Below are positions 29,540-37,836 of a DNA stretch of 62,843 nt, one piece after another. The notes beneath the pieces were generated by a model, which was not told the DNA's origin, did no database searches, and saw nothing but the letters and a program-made list of their open reading frames with translations. A program made the translations under genes and the position numbers. Within the stretch, counting starts at the first letter, position 1; every line of letters starts with the position of its first letter. Origin of the DNA: a virus (taxonomy: Duplodnaviria > Heunggongvirae > Uroviricota > Caudoviricetes); the IMG/VR virus record IMGVR_UViG_3300021963_000042, positions 64,001 through 126,843 of that record. One strand, written 5' to 3'.

Positions 29540-30235
29540 TTAAATTACAAAACCAGAAGTATCTTTCTTCGCTTTACCCTTAGCCTTCAAGCCAACGATA
29601 ACACCCTTTGGATCCAAGAAACGCAAATCGGTTTCATCGCCATTGATAACTGGACGACCGAGATAAGTTTCTGGGACTTTGTGAAACACAGCTGCAACAT
29701 TCATACCATTAGACAGTGCGATGCGAACATCCATGTCATTACCGTCAGCCTTAGAGAAGGTTAGGTGATAGTTAGCGATGTGTGACACTTTACGATTGTT
29801 AACTTTGGTGTAGTCATAAAATTGCACATCAGGGAACATTTGGAAAATGTTCTTACCATTCGCAACTTCATACTTTTCCCAAGCAAGGTCTGAAGTGCCA
29901 TTCAGACGAAACACTGGAATCAACCCCTGCTTTTCAGCCTTCGTTTTAGTTTTGATAATTTCAACAACTAACTCATTCAAGAATGCCTGACGATCCGCAA
30001 AGAATTGTTTGGTTTTACGGATTCGTGCTTGCTGAATCACGTTAGTGGTCTCACCCTTCTTGAAAATGCCACCACGACCAGCAAGGTTCAGACACGCATC
30101 GGTGCAACCCTTAGTTCGTTTAGGGCAAACTTCCTTACCAGACAAATCGGCTGGTGCAAGGTGAAGTACGGAGGACAGATATCCTTTAGATTGACCCTTC
30201 AACAACTTAGGGTTACCAACAGTCAACAATGTCAT
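29540..30235 (-). CDS. Gp88-family protein (Cys-motif, possible Fe-S protein)
   Basis: CPKRTKGCTDACL, FRLNGTSDLAWE, FYDYTK, YHLTFS, DGDETDLRFLD. Confidence 0.7.
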   Translation of the reverse strand: MTLLTVGNPKLLKGQSKGYLSSVLHLAPADLSGKEVCPKRTKGCTDACLNLAGRGGIFKKGETTNVIQQARIRKTKQFFADRQAFLNELVVEIIKTKTKAEKQGLIPVFRLNGTSDLAWEKYEVANGKNIFQMFPDVQFYDYTKVNNRKVSHIANYHLTFSKADGNDMDVRIALSNGMNVAAVFHKVPETYLGRPVINGDETDLRFLDPKGVIVGLKAKGKAKKDTSGFVI

Positions 30236-30267
30236 AATCAGGTTTCCTTTTCGACTAACTTAGAGTT

Positions 30268-30348
30268 ATTATACTCCAAACCTGAATTATTGTAAAGCAC
30301 TTTTTCAGATAACCCTACAGAGGGGAGGGTTATCCTAAGTCGTTGATT
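30268..30348 (-). promoter_or_regulatory. Early promoter cassette: TTTACA-17-TATAAT + hairpin + IHF-like box
   Basis: -10 at 30268-73, -35 at 30291-96, 9-bp stem 30308-30334, AATCAACGACTTA at 30336-48. Confidence 0.75.
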
Positions 30349-30377
30349 TTAAAGGGTTTTTTCAGAAAACCAAAGGT

Positions 30378-30641
30378 TTACTTTTTGGGGCTGGGTAGAT
30401 CGAACGATTTTCCATGAGCCATCGCCCACGCCAGACACATTTGGTCGTTTGAAGACGAATAGGCGCATCGAACTGAAACTGGGTCAATACCCTTCACGAT
30501 CGCAGATTCAATGTTAGACTTCATACTTTGGTTTTGGTGATAATTGTAAAAAGTCAAGCAACTAATTGCAGTTACGAGAACTAGTACAATACCAACAACA
30601 AACGCTACAGATTCCTTCTTCATTTCAATCTCCTTTACCAT
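30378..30641 (-). CDS. Hypothetical membrane protein
   Basis: N-terminal TM helix; IVKGIDPVSVRCAY. Confidence 0.6.
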   Translation of the reverse strand: MVKEIEMKKESVAFVVGIVLVLVTAISCLTFYNYHQNQSMKSNIESAIVKGIDPVSVRCAYSSSNDQMCLAWAMAHGKSFDLPSPKK

Positions 30642-30826
30642 GATCCATCATCACAAACTAATCTGACCCAAACAGGTCCAGTAGACAAATAGCACCCACG
30701 CATCTTTGGGTTTAATTCGTCTGGGTGTAAAAATTCAAATGATAGTCTCCAGTGGCATGGGTTAAGCACAAAGCCAACCCAAGCACCAGAGTATCTAATG
30801 TAATTAAGATAAGTCTTTAACTTCAT
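30635..30826 (-). CDS. Hypothetical protein
   Basis: 63 aa ORF in operon. Confidence 0.55.
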   Translation of the reverse strand: MKLKTYLNYIRYSGAWVGFVLNPCHWRLSFEFLHPDELNPKMRGCYLSTGPVWVRLVCDDGSW

Positions 30827-31361
30827 CGCACAGTCCTAATTTTTTCGCTTCTTGTGGGCTGAGCCACATATCTTGCGGTGGTAGTAAAATTTCACGAATC
30901 TTTGCTTCTGATAAACCAGTACACTTTTTATAGTGCGCAATCATTTTCTTAGTCGTCAAATCAAATTCTTTAACAGTAGCAAAGAGTTCGTGTTCCTTAC
31001 CAAATGCACCCCATGAATATTGGTGTGACAAGATCGATGTATTTGGCGTCAAGATTCTATGTCCCTTATCACCTGCGATAAAAATCATAAGACCAGCTGA
31101 AGCAATTTGTCCAAGACCAATTGTTCTAACTGGAACCGCAGATCCTCGCATTACATCAATCAAAGCAAATGCTGCATTCAAATCGCCACCTGGAGAGGTG
31201 ATAATCAAATTTAACATATCGGGACGTTCTTCTGCGAAGTTCGCTTCGAACATCCACTCAGTTGCTTGTTTGATAGATGTAAGGGAAATTTCCTCCATTA
31301 ACAAGAAGAACGAGTGTTTAGATTGCTCTTCCTTTAATTGCAGATTCAGTTTTGACATCAT
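30804..31361 (-). CDS. clpP: ClpP-family protease
   Basis: LIITSPGGD..A.FALID.M, T.GLGQIASAG (catalytic Ser), R..TPNTSILSHQ (catalytic His), D.WLS..EA...GL.D. Confidence 0.9.
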   Translation of the reverse strand: MMSKLNLQLKEEQSKHSFFLLMEEISLTSIKQATEWMFEANFAEERPDMLNLIITSPGGDLNAAFALIDVMRGSAVPVRTIGLGQIASAGLMIFIAGDKGHRILTPNTSILSHQYSWGAFGKEHELFATVKEFDLTTKKMIAHYKKCTGLSEAKIREILLPPQDMWLSPQEAKKLGLCDEVKDLS

Positions 31362-31873
31362 TAATCTTTTTCCTTATAAAAAATATGTCTACCAATTTTA
31401 GTAGTCTTCTCGAGGTTGCGCCAATGTGGGTTTACATAATCCGCATGATAATACTTAGCGCCTTTAGTCAAATCTGAAAGATTTTCATAATTAGCATAAA
31501 CGTATACAGCAACTTCTAAGTTGTCGTTGTACACCTTCTCATTCACGTGCTTTCTTGGTTCGCAAAACCATGAAAACTGACATACGGAAGTAGTCTTCTG
31601 CTTAACTACTCCACAAATATCTTTTGGGAATCTTGGGTCTTGTACTCTATTCATTGTTACAAGAGCAACTGCTACTTGACCATCTTTTGGTTCATAGCCA
31701 GCTTCATAGTAAATGTTTTCAGCCAGACACTTTATTTGTTTTTGTGTATCTTTACTGAACTCTGACATCTTCAGTTCTAACATTCCAAGTGGTTGTGTAC
31801 CGTAGAATGCTGAAACGACAGTCAGTGCTATCATTGATATTACTAAAATGAATATACCTTTGTATACTCGCAT
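31361..31873 (-). CDS. Cell wall hydrolase, SleB/Hydrolase_2 family
   Basis: CLAENIYYEAG.EP..GQVAVALVTMNRV...FP..IC.VV.Q...CQFSWFC; GA.YYHADYV.P.W. Confidence 0.9.
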   Translation of the reverse strand: MRVYKGIFILVISMIALTVVSAFYGTQPLGMLELKMSEFSKDTQKQIKCLAENIYYEAGYEPKDGQVAVALVTMNRVQDPRFPKDICGVVKQKTTSVCQFSWFCEPRKHVNEKVYNDNLEVAVYVYANYENLSDLTKGAKYYHADYVNPHWRNLEKTTKIGRHIFYKEKD

Positions 31874-31893
31874 ATAAATCTCCTTGTGTTAAA

Positions 31894-31915
31894 GAGAGGT
31901 GTGTGAACACCTCTC
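31894..31915 (-). terminator. Hairpin / probable terminator
   Basis: 9-bp stem GAGAGGTGT/ACACCTCTC with 4-nt loop right after stop of 31924 gene. Confidence 0.55.
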
Positions 31916-31923
31916 GTCCCGCA

Positions 31924-32199
31924 TCAGGTGGACTTTTTGCTAGTCTTTATTGTATCTTGTGGGATGTTTGAAACGAAACCATTCAAGGCAGTTGCCTTTG
32001 CAATGATATCAGCTTCTGATGGGTAAGCAGGGAATCCTGGATGATCAGGGATCGTGCCACCATTGATTTTAGCAGAATCGACTTTCGTGGTCCAGTCGTT
32101 GCTAATTTGTTCACGTTTGCCATAGTACTCATCGCTGAGCATGTCCTTGGCCATTTTCAAAAGTTCGAGACGAATCTCAAAAGGTGTCATGTTTGACAT
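31924..32199 (-). CDS. Conserved hypothetical protein of T4-like phages
   Basis: MTPFEIRLELLKMAKDML...YPSEADIIAKATALNGFVS; strong GGAG RBS; CTAAATA late promoter at 32269-75. Confidence 0.8.
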   Translation of the reverse strand: MSNMTPFEIRLELLKMAKDMLSDEYYGKREQISNDWTTKVDSAKINGGTIPDHPGFPAYPSEADIIAKATALNGFVSNIPQDTIKTSKKST

Positions 32200-32281
32200 A
32201 AAATACTCCTTGTGTTGTGTTTTTGTGTAATGAAGGTTTTATTGGGATCCTTCAACCCACTGTATAATTATTTAGGTATAA

Positions 32282-32545
32282 TTATTTCTTTGCTGATGCT
32301 GCTGGCGCAGGGGCAGATGCTGCCTCAGCTTTTTTCTCTACAGGTTTCTTAGGTGTAGGCTTCTCAGACTTAGGAGCAGGTGGGCAATTACCTTTCTTGT
32401 CTTTAGTGACGCAATTAGTTTCTTGCTTCTTCTCAGCTTCTTTCTTAGCAGATGCTGCCATCTTCTCAGGGTCGGGTTGCTTTGCTGCTTGAGCCATAAC
32501 ACCAGTAGCAACAGTCAGTGCCAAAATTGCGATAAGCGATTTCAT
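32282..32545 (-). CDS. Secreted Lys/Ala/Pro-rich hypothetical protein
   Basis: Signal peptide MKSLIAILALTVATGVMA; two Cys. Confidence 0.65.
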   Translation of the reverse strand: MKSLIAILALTVATGVMAQAAKQPDPEKMAASAKKEAEKKQETNCVTKDKKGNCPPAPKSEKPTPKKPVEKKAEAASAPAPAASAKK

Positions 32546-32659
32546 AAAAATTCCTTTAAATTAAAAGTTAAACAGTCGCATATTAATGTCGTCACTTTAG
32601 TCAGTACAAGAGCCACAGGGCATCGGTTGCTAACATCGAGCAAAGACTTCACTAATTCG

Positions 32660-32977
32660 TGGTAGGTTATTCTGTTACGAGGAAACCTACCGAAACCCTA
32701 AGCAGCGTTTAGGCTGCTAATGCGTAGACAGAGTCGTTTGCATTTACTTTGTTTGCTTCTTCGACCGAGTTACCCCAATCCTAAAGGCTTTCGCATTGCC
32801 TAGTTGTCCACTTCTGTACTTGTTGCCCTGTCGAAACCTAGTCACCCCCATCAGAAACATACTATTCTTGATTTAATCAAGTGCCTTCGTTAGGGTCTGC
32901 AATAGTATGCTTTTGGTGGAGGTGGGGAGAATCGAACTCCCGTCCAGAACACTTTTCTAGTTGCTTCATACAACCAT
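32660..32977 (-). ncRNA. ssrA: Circularly permuted (two-piece) tmRNA, tag ANDSVYALAA*
   Basis: Minus strand order: acceptor piece with T-arm GGGAG-TTCGATT-CTCCC and CACCTCC-A-CCA (ends 32914); 64-nt intervening hairpin; GGGGGTG-ACTAGGTTTCGAC (starts 32849); tag 32741-32709. The acceptor stem contains G3:U70. The 3' end of the coding piece is approximate. Confidence 0.9.
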
Positions 32978-32983
32978 AAACTT

Positions 32984-33012
32984 ATTATACGCTAACAGTA
33001 TTTATATGTCAA
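32984..33012 (-). promoter_or_regulatory. Composite promoter for tmRNA: perfect TTGACA-17-TATAAT with T4 late TATAAATA in the spacer
   Basis: -35 at 33007-12, -10 at 32984-89, TATAAATA at 32999-33006. Confidence 0.8.
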
Positions 33013-33662
33013 ATACCTTTTTTAATCTTGTACTCAAGTCTCAACTTTTGGAATTCTCCGATCCAACTATCTCTCTTCTCGATAAACAACAAAGGGTCTT
33101 CATTGTCAACACCCATAATAATTACAAGTCTACTAACAGGAATGCCAGTTCGTTCCTCAAAAGCAACTGCGTATGCAGAACATTGCATAAAGTATCCATG
33201 AATATCATCACGAGACTTTAATCTTGCAGATGTCTTGAAGTCAATTACAGATAGCTTACCTCTGAATTCACCAATACAGTCTACAGTTCCTGCGACTTCC
33301 AAGTGATCTGAATAGAGTGGAGTTTCAAGAGCATGAACATTATCTATTTCTCCGAGGATGGGTGATATGCTGTTAAATAATTCTCTATCGAAGATGTCAA
33401 CGTCGTATTCTTCATTGCGGAGATATGATTCGCATAATGAGTGGATTCGTGTCCCTCTCGCTGCAGCTCTACCTGAGATTCTGTTGGCTTCTTCGTTTCC
33501 AACTCTTGCTCTCCACTGTGCGATTGATTTTGCTGAGTGCAGTCCTGTGACTGTTGTGACGCTTGGATAGGCTCGACCCGATGGCGTTTGATATAATCTC
33601 GAACCATCGGTATTTGTGACACGTTCCAATTTGGGAATATCATGATGTATAAAATTTGCCAT
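33009..33662 (-). CDS. PD-(D/E)XK exonuclease (T4-like cyanophage 'exonuclease A' type)
   Basis: YPSVTTV...RGTRIHSLCE.YL...LE..LYS...AGTVDCI......VIDFKTS...Y..QC.AYA. Confidence 0.85.
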   Translation of the reverse strand: MANFIHHDIPKLERVTNTDGSRLYQTPSGRAYPSVTTVTGLHSAKSIAQWRARVGNEEANRISGRAAARGTRIHSLCESYLRNEEYDVDIFDRELFNSISPILGEIDNVHALETPLYSDHLEVAGTVDCIGEFRGKLSVIDFKTSARLKSRDDIHGYFMQCSAYAVAFEERTGIPVSRLVIIMGVDNEDPLLFIEKRDSWIGEFQKLRLEYKIKKGI

Positions 33663-34282
33663 TATGTAAGTAAGTGAATAGCCTCGTTGTAATGTTTAAT
33701 TCGATCTTCAAGCCCGATGTATCCACCATTGATCTTGCGAGTCATTGTTTTGATGTCACCGATATCTGCTTCGTGGTTTAGCTTGTTTTTATTCCAGAAC
33801 CAGATAGCAGACATAAGCGCAAAGTCACGATCTGCAGTTACCCAGTCTGGATTCTGAACTACGTTTTCCCAGTCCTCAAACATTTCCTTAGCGAATGCTG
33901 TATAGTTTGCACGTCCTGTTAACTGAATTGGACCACGCCCACGGAAAAGCCAACCATCACCAGATTCTGGAGATCCGTTACCCATACGGTTAGCATAGAT
34001 CTTGTTCGCAATCATTTCTGGTTTGCGAGCATATGGCTGAGCAGACTCAACAGTTGGGAAGTACTTCTTAAAAATACTATTCAACCCTTGCGCTGAATAA
34101 TTTAAGTTTTCTTCGAATACTGTCCAACCACCAGACTCATGTCCACATTGAGCAAGGAAAGCTGCTACACGTTGTGGTGTATTAATCTCATATGTTGGGA
34201 AGACGCCATTCATAGACTCAGCCCATGATGCTGGGTCTTGCGCTCTTGGGAATAAATGTTGGAATTGTTCTGCTGTAATCAT
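33662..34282 (-). CDS. GH19 chitinase-like endolysin
   Basis: RVAAFLAQCGHESGG...EENLNYS...IANKIYANRMGNG..SGDGW.FRGRGPIQLTGRANY; TRKINGG.IGL.DR. Confidence 0.92.
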   Translation of the reverse strand: MITAEQFQHLFPRAQDPASWAESMNGVFPTYEINTPQRVAAFLAQCGHESGGWTVFEENLNYSAQGLNSIFKKYFPTVESAQPYARKPEMIANKIYANRMGNGSPESGDGWLFRGRGPIQLTGRANYTAFAKEMFEDWENVVQNPDWVTADRDFALMSAIWFWNKNKLNHEADIGDIKTMTRKINGGYIGLEDRIKHYNEAIHLLT

Positions 34283-35049
34283 TTTCCGCTAGGTCTTTCG
34301 TTGTAATCCTCATATTTAAGTTTCGCCAAAATATAGTCTTTCACGAGAGAACTTCTCACAATGTCATCAACAGTAAACTCAATACGAGTAAATGCGCTCA
34401 TGTGCTGGGCGATGTCAAAGAATTTCAAAATTCCTGTAACATCATTTTTCCTCTTATTCAAATCAGTCTGACGATAGTCGCCACACCAAATAATTTTAGA
34501 TCGATAACCGACACGAGTCATAACAGTATCAATCTCTTCATATGTCAAGTTTTGCATTTCATCAACAATGATGATAGCATCATCAAAAGACATACCACGA
34601 ATGAAGGACGTGGAAATAAAAGTAATATGTCCTTGTTCCTCTAATCTATCCCATGCGTCTTTGCGACCGAATAAGGTTTCGCAGATCTGACGATATGGTT
34701 GCTCATAAATTTCCATCTTCTCATTTACGTCGCCTGGAAGATGCCCGATCTCACGAGATTGAACCGCAGAACGAACTACGATAATCTTATTGAACGGATT
34801 ATTCTTATCTAGTACTTCCTCAATCGCTTTGTATAAAGCACAGAAAGTTTTTCCTGTTCCTGCAACACCATGTAGTGCTACGAAATAGTCTCCTCTTTTG
34901 TAAGCATCAAAAAATAATTTTTGATTATCTGTCAATGGCTGAAATGTCTTTAAATTGTCTAAACGGATCTTAAGCTGATTGCTGTGGATTGGTTTCGACT
35001 CACGTTCTTCATTATCTACAATCTTCTTTACTGCTGCTGAACGAGCCAT
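34279..35049 (-). CDS. phoH: PhoH-like ATPase
   Basis: LHGVAGTGKT, SFIRGMSFDDAIIIVDEMQN, CGDYRQTDL, DIVRS. Confidence 0.93.
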   Translation of the reverse strand: MARSAAVKKIVDNEERESKPIHSNQLKIRLDNLKTFQPLTDNQKLFFDAYKRGDYFVALHGVAGTGKTFCALYKAIEEVLDKNNPFNKIIVVRSAVQSREIGHLPGDVNEKMEIYEQPYRQICETLFGRKDAWDRLEEQGHITFISTSFIRGMSFDDAIIIVDEMQNLTYEEIDTVMTRVGYRSKIIWCGDYRQTDLNKRKNDVTGILKFFDIAQHMSAFTRIEFTVDDIVRSSLVKDYILAKLKYEDYNERPSGK

Positions 35050-35058
35050 TAAATTTCC

Positions 35059-35304
35059 TTATAGTTGTTTCGATGTTTTCCTTAAATCATTTAGTGGATT
35101 TCTTTCGTTTACTTTTTGTAACACCTCCTTGAATCCTGAGTCCATTTTAGTTATACCTAATCGAACAGAGTCACCGAATGCTACTGCTTGAATTACGGTT
35201 TCTAGGTGGGGATTATCGGCTCTGAATGAGTCGAGTTCAGATATCTTCATCGCTTGTTCGAACTGTTCTCCAGTTTCTTTATTACGAAATACATAGGTTG
35301 GCAT
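35059..35304 (-). CDS. FmdB-like small regulatory protein
   Basis: MPTYVFRNKETGE.FE..M.ISE.D.F...NP.L; ATAAATA late promoter at 35322-28. Confidence 0.65.
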   Translation of the reverse strand: MPTYVFRNKETGEQFEQAMKISELDSFRADNPHLETVIQAVAFGDSVRLGITKMDSGFKEVLQKVNERNPLNDLRKTSKQL

Positions 35305-35327
35305 AATATCTCCTTCACCTGTATTTA

Positions 35328-35858
35328 TCAAACCCAAGTTGGGGTTGGACGATTTTTCCAGGAAAACATGCGTGTTTTATCACCAAGGTAATAATTTTTA
35401 TAGGATTGAATAGAGTCGCCAGCCACCTTATAGTGGTCTGGCATTGCTGGAGTGGGTTCAGTAAAATTTCCTCGTGGAATATTATTTGGTCGAACTTCTA
35501 GCGCCCAAAGAAGTTTTTCGCAAGCATGATGCTTACCATAACGATATGTGTATTCTTCAAGAAGTGCTTGAAACATGTCAAACAACCAAGAATAATTTTT
35601 ATCTGATTGCCTTACCCAAATTGCAGAAGGATGATTAATATGAGTTGCAGAGTACAAGATATCGTTACGATTATCGTTGAGAACGTAGGATGTTTTTTTG
35701 CGTCCAGAGTCAGATAGACCAACGACAATGTCACCATCGAGAACACGATGAGCGGTAGAAAGTAATTGTGCATATTCTAGAATCATTTTAACGCAGTGTT
35801 TGTCAACGTGCATCTCTGCGCAAGTTTTAGGATCGTTGTCAAGATAAAAGATATTCAT
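35328..35858 (-). CDS. Pyrimidine-dimer DNA glycosylase-like protein (DenV-related)
   Basis: MNIFYLD.DP..CA.MH.DKH.VKMILEYAQLLSTAHR, THINHPSAIW, YT.RYGK.H, QAMPD-like PAMPD. Confidence 0.75.
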   Translation of the reverse strand: MNIFYLDNDPKTCAEMHVDKHCVKMILEYAQLLSTAHRVLDGDIVVGLSDSGRKKTSYVLNDNRNDILYSATHINHPSAIWVRQSDKNYSWLFDMFQALLEEYTYRYGKHHACEKLLWALEVRPNNIPRGNFTEPTPAMPDHYKVAGDSIQSYKNYYLGDKTRMFSWKNRPTPTWV

Positions 35859-35861
35859 AAG

Positions 35862-36011
35862 TCACCAATGGCGGATAACGCCAGCAATAATAAAGAAATT
35901 TGTAATAACATAGCAAGCAACAATAGCAGTGCGAATGATAGCAATTCTATCTGCCTCACGATCGTTGCTGCCAGCTTTTTCACCTAGTGCTTTAGCCCAC
36001 AAGCGCCACAT
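35862..36011 (-). CDS. Small conserved membrane protein (49 aa; not in ORF track)
   Basis: MWRLWAKALGEKAGSNDREADRIAIIRTAIVACYVITNFFIIAGVIRHW*. Confidence 0.7.
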   Translation of the reverse strand: MWRLWAKALGEKAGSNDREADRIAIIRTAIVACYVITNFFIIAGVIRHW

Positions 36012-36012
36012 A

Positions 36013-36282
36013 TCAACTAATAACGAGAGTACCGTTATGCATCTTTACACGAGGAACATCAGACCAGTATTGTTTAACATTACCAGAACCGTATTCATCA
36101 TGTTCCCATACTTGAACCTGCAAAGCAACTTTTTCAATTTTACCCTCAGCATCTACATGTTCAACGACACGAAAATCATATGACAGAGGTTTTACAAATT
36201 GAACAGGAATTGCTGGCGCAGGTGCAGGAATTGCTGGCGCAGGTGGTGTTACATAAATTTGTTTTGTAGATAATGTAGTCAT
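36013..36282 (-). CDS. Hypothetical protein
   Basis: 89 aa ORF in operon. Confidence 0.6.
   Translation of the reverse strand: MTTLSTKQIYVTPPAPAIPAPAPAIPVQFVKPLSYDFRVVEHVDAEGKIEKVALQVQVWEHDEYGSGNVKQYWSDVPRVKMHNGTLVIS
36204..36245. repeat. 21-bp perfect tandem duplication
   Basis: CAGGAATTGCTGGCGCAGGTG x2, in frame (PAPAIPA repeat). Confidence 0.85.
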
Positions 36283-36569
36283 TATGTTAACATCCTAATC
36301 AATCCAATAAAATCAATCGTCACTAAGAGCATGTAATTAGCAAGCATTCCAAATGATTTCCTGGTATAAGCAGCCCAAGCATACATAGCGCAACCAGCAA
36401 TCCAAATAGGATAAAGCGTAAGAAGCGGTGGGTTCGGGACAGTCGTAGCCATAGTGATGCTACACCCAATGCTAATAGCCCAAGCAAGCAACTCAATAAC
36501 AAATCTAAAGGGGTTAGATGCCCAATCATCACGAATCCATTCAAAGGTGGGTTTAAATAAATCAATCAT
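36282..36569 (-). CDS. Conserved small membrane protein
   Basis: Three hydrophobic segments; FRFVIELLAW...LYPIWIAGC. Confidence 0.7.
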   Translation of the reverse strand: MIDLFKPTFEWIRDDWASNPFRFVIELLAWAISIGCSITMATTVPNPPLLTLYPIWIAGCAMYAWAAYTRKSFGMLANYMLLVTIDFIGLIRMLT

Positions 36570-37063
36570 GAGCGTAGGGCATCCAGTGCACGAATTTGTA
36601 AAATAGTTGAGTCTAAAATTTTAATTGTGTCTTTAGAGTTCTTGTGCAGAATACCATGACCACCTGCAGTATTGAACGGATCAATACATCCAGCGGAGTC
36701 GTCAATTAAAATTGATGTTTTGTTTGCGAAGTGCGACTTCTCTTGCTTATTCCGAACAAAGTTTGGTTTGTACGGAATGTTGTGTTTGTTTAACCAATGC
36801 ATCTTTTGCATCTTAGCCTCAGTTCCCTGAATAGGGTCGTGAGTGCCCATAGAAGTTAGAATTTGAACATCTACTCCATGCAGTCTAGAAACGTGGTTTA
36901 ACAACTCTCTGGCGTCTGGCATAAATTCCAGATCTTCAAAGATTTTATGAATAAAGACCGCATCACGAAATTTCTTTCGATCGGCTTTATCTGGGTCAAT
37001 TGCTCTGTATGCTTTGTCAAAGTTGCAAAGCACGCCATCCATGTCTAGGTATAGTGTAATCAT
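36566..37063 (-). CDS. 5'(3')-deoxyribonucleotidase, HAD/NT5C family
   Basis: LYLDMDGVLCNF, ILTS, K..WL, ILIDD. Confidence 0.8.
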   Translation of the reverse strand: MITLYLDMDGVLCNFDKAYRAIDPDKADRKKFRDAVFIHKIFEDLEFMPDARELLNHVSRLHGVDVQILTSMGTHDPIQGTEAKMQKMHWLNKHNIPYKPNFVRNKQEKSHFANKTSILIDDSAGCIDPFNTAGGHGILHKNSKDTIKILDSTILQIRALDALRS

Positions 37064-37069
37064 AGTATA

Positions 37070-37098
37070 ATTATACTCCAAATGTGAATAAATGTCAA
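37070..37098 (-). promoter_or_regulatory. Sigma70-type early promoter
   Basis: TTGACA-17bp-TATAAT; ATG 6 nt downstream of -10. Confidence 0.8.
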
Positions 37099-37105
37099 GT
37101 TATAT

Positions 37106-37834
37106 TTACCAATACATGTAACTAGCCGAACCCTTTGTTACAATATGTCCTTGTATTGTTATTCGGCTATCGTTAAAATAAGAAGACTTTCCAACTCTAT
37201 GTAAATATCTACCATCAGCAAGAATCATATCGCCCAAAGAATATTTTATTGTAGAATATTCCTTTAAATTGCAATCGCATTCATCGTTACGGAGACCATG
37301 ATGTTTTCTGCAATAATACTCGGGCTGGTCTTTATATTCAGATTTGGTTTCAGTATAGTAGTCATATGTAAAGTCACCTTCACTTAGCATTATAGTGAAA
37401 GTAACCCAACGATCAAAGTATTTTGTATTGTTGTAATCAGGGAATGCTAATTTATATGGATAACGCAATTTCTCGTCATCATAATGCCATACTCTCGGAG
37501 TTTCCTGTTCAACAATCTGGAATCCAGGAATAGAAAACCCTTTGATATATTTAATTCCATCAAAGACTAATGATAGCTTCTGAATTAAAAATTCTTTGTA
37601 ATAATCAGAAGATATGTCTTCCGTACTATTATACAATTTTAATGCAGCGTTAAGATTAAAATTTGTAGAAATTAAATGTCTAAAATAACTATTACCATAA
37701 ACCTTTATAGCTGATGTGGAAGGAACATCTTTAAAATCAGGATATTCTTTCCACTTATCCGTATTAGATAGTGCCAAGTTTTTTAGACTATCACATTCTT
37801 CTAAACTTAAAAAGTTTCTATAAAGGGTAATCAT
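37106..37834 (-). CDS. Putative 2OG-Fe(II) oxygenase
   Basis: WHYD...TFTIML...GDMILADGRYLHRV...RITIQGH (HxD...H...R). Confidence 0.6.
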   Translation of the reverse strand: MITLYRNFLSLEECDSLKNLALSNTDKWKEYPDFKDVPSTSAIKVYGNSYFRHLISTNFNLNAALKLYNSTEDISSDYYKEFLIQKLSLVFDGIKYIKGFSIPGFQIVEQETPRVWHYDDEKLRYPYKLAFPDYNNTKYFDRWVTFTIMLSEGDFTYDYYTETKSEYKDQPEYYCRKHHGLRNDECDCNLKEYSTIKYSLGDMILADGRYLHRVGKSSYFNDSRITIQGHIVTKGSASYMYW

Positions 37835-37836
37835 TA

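Noticed and set aside
32914-32950. Isolated T-arm/CCA as a tRNA pseudogene
   Set aside because: It pairs with the GGGGGTG segment downstream and is linked to a tag ORF, so it is the acceptor piece of the permuted tmRNA.
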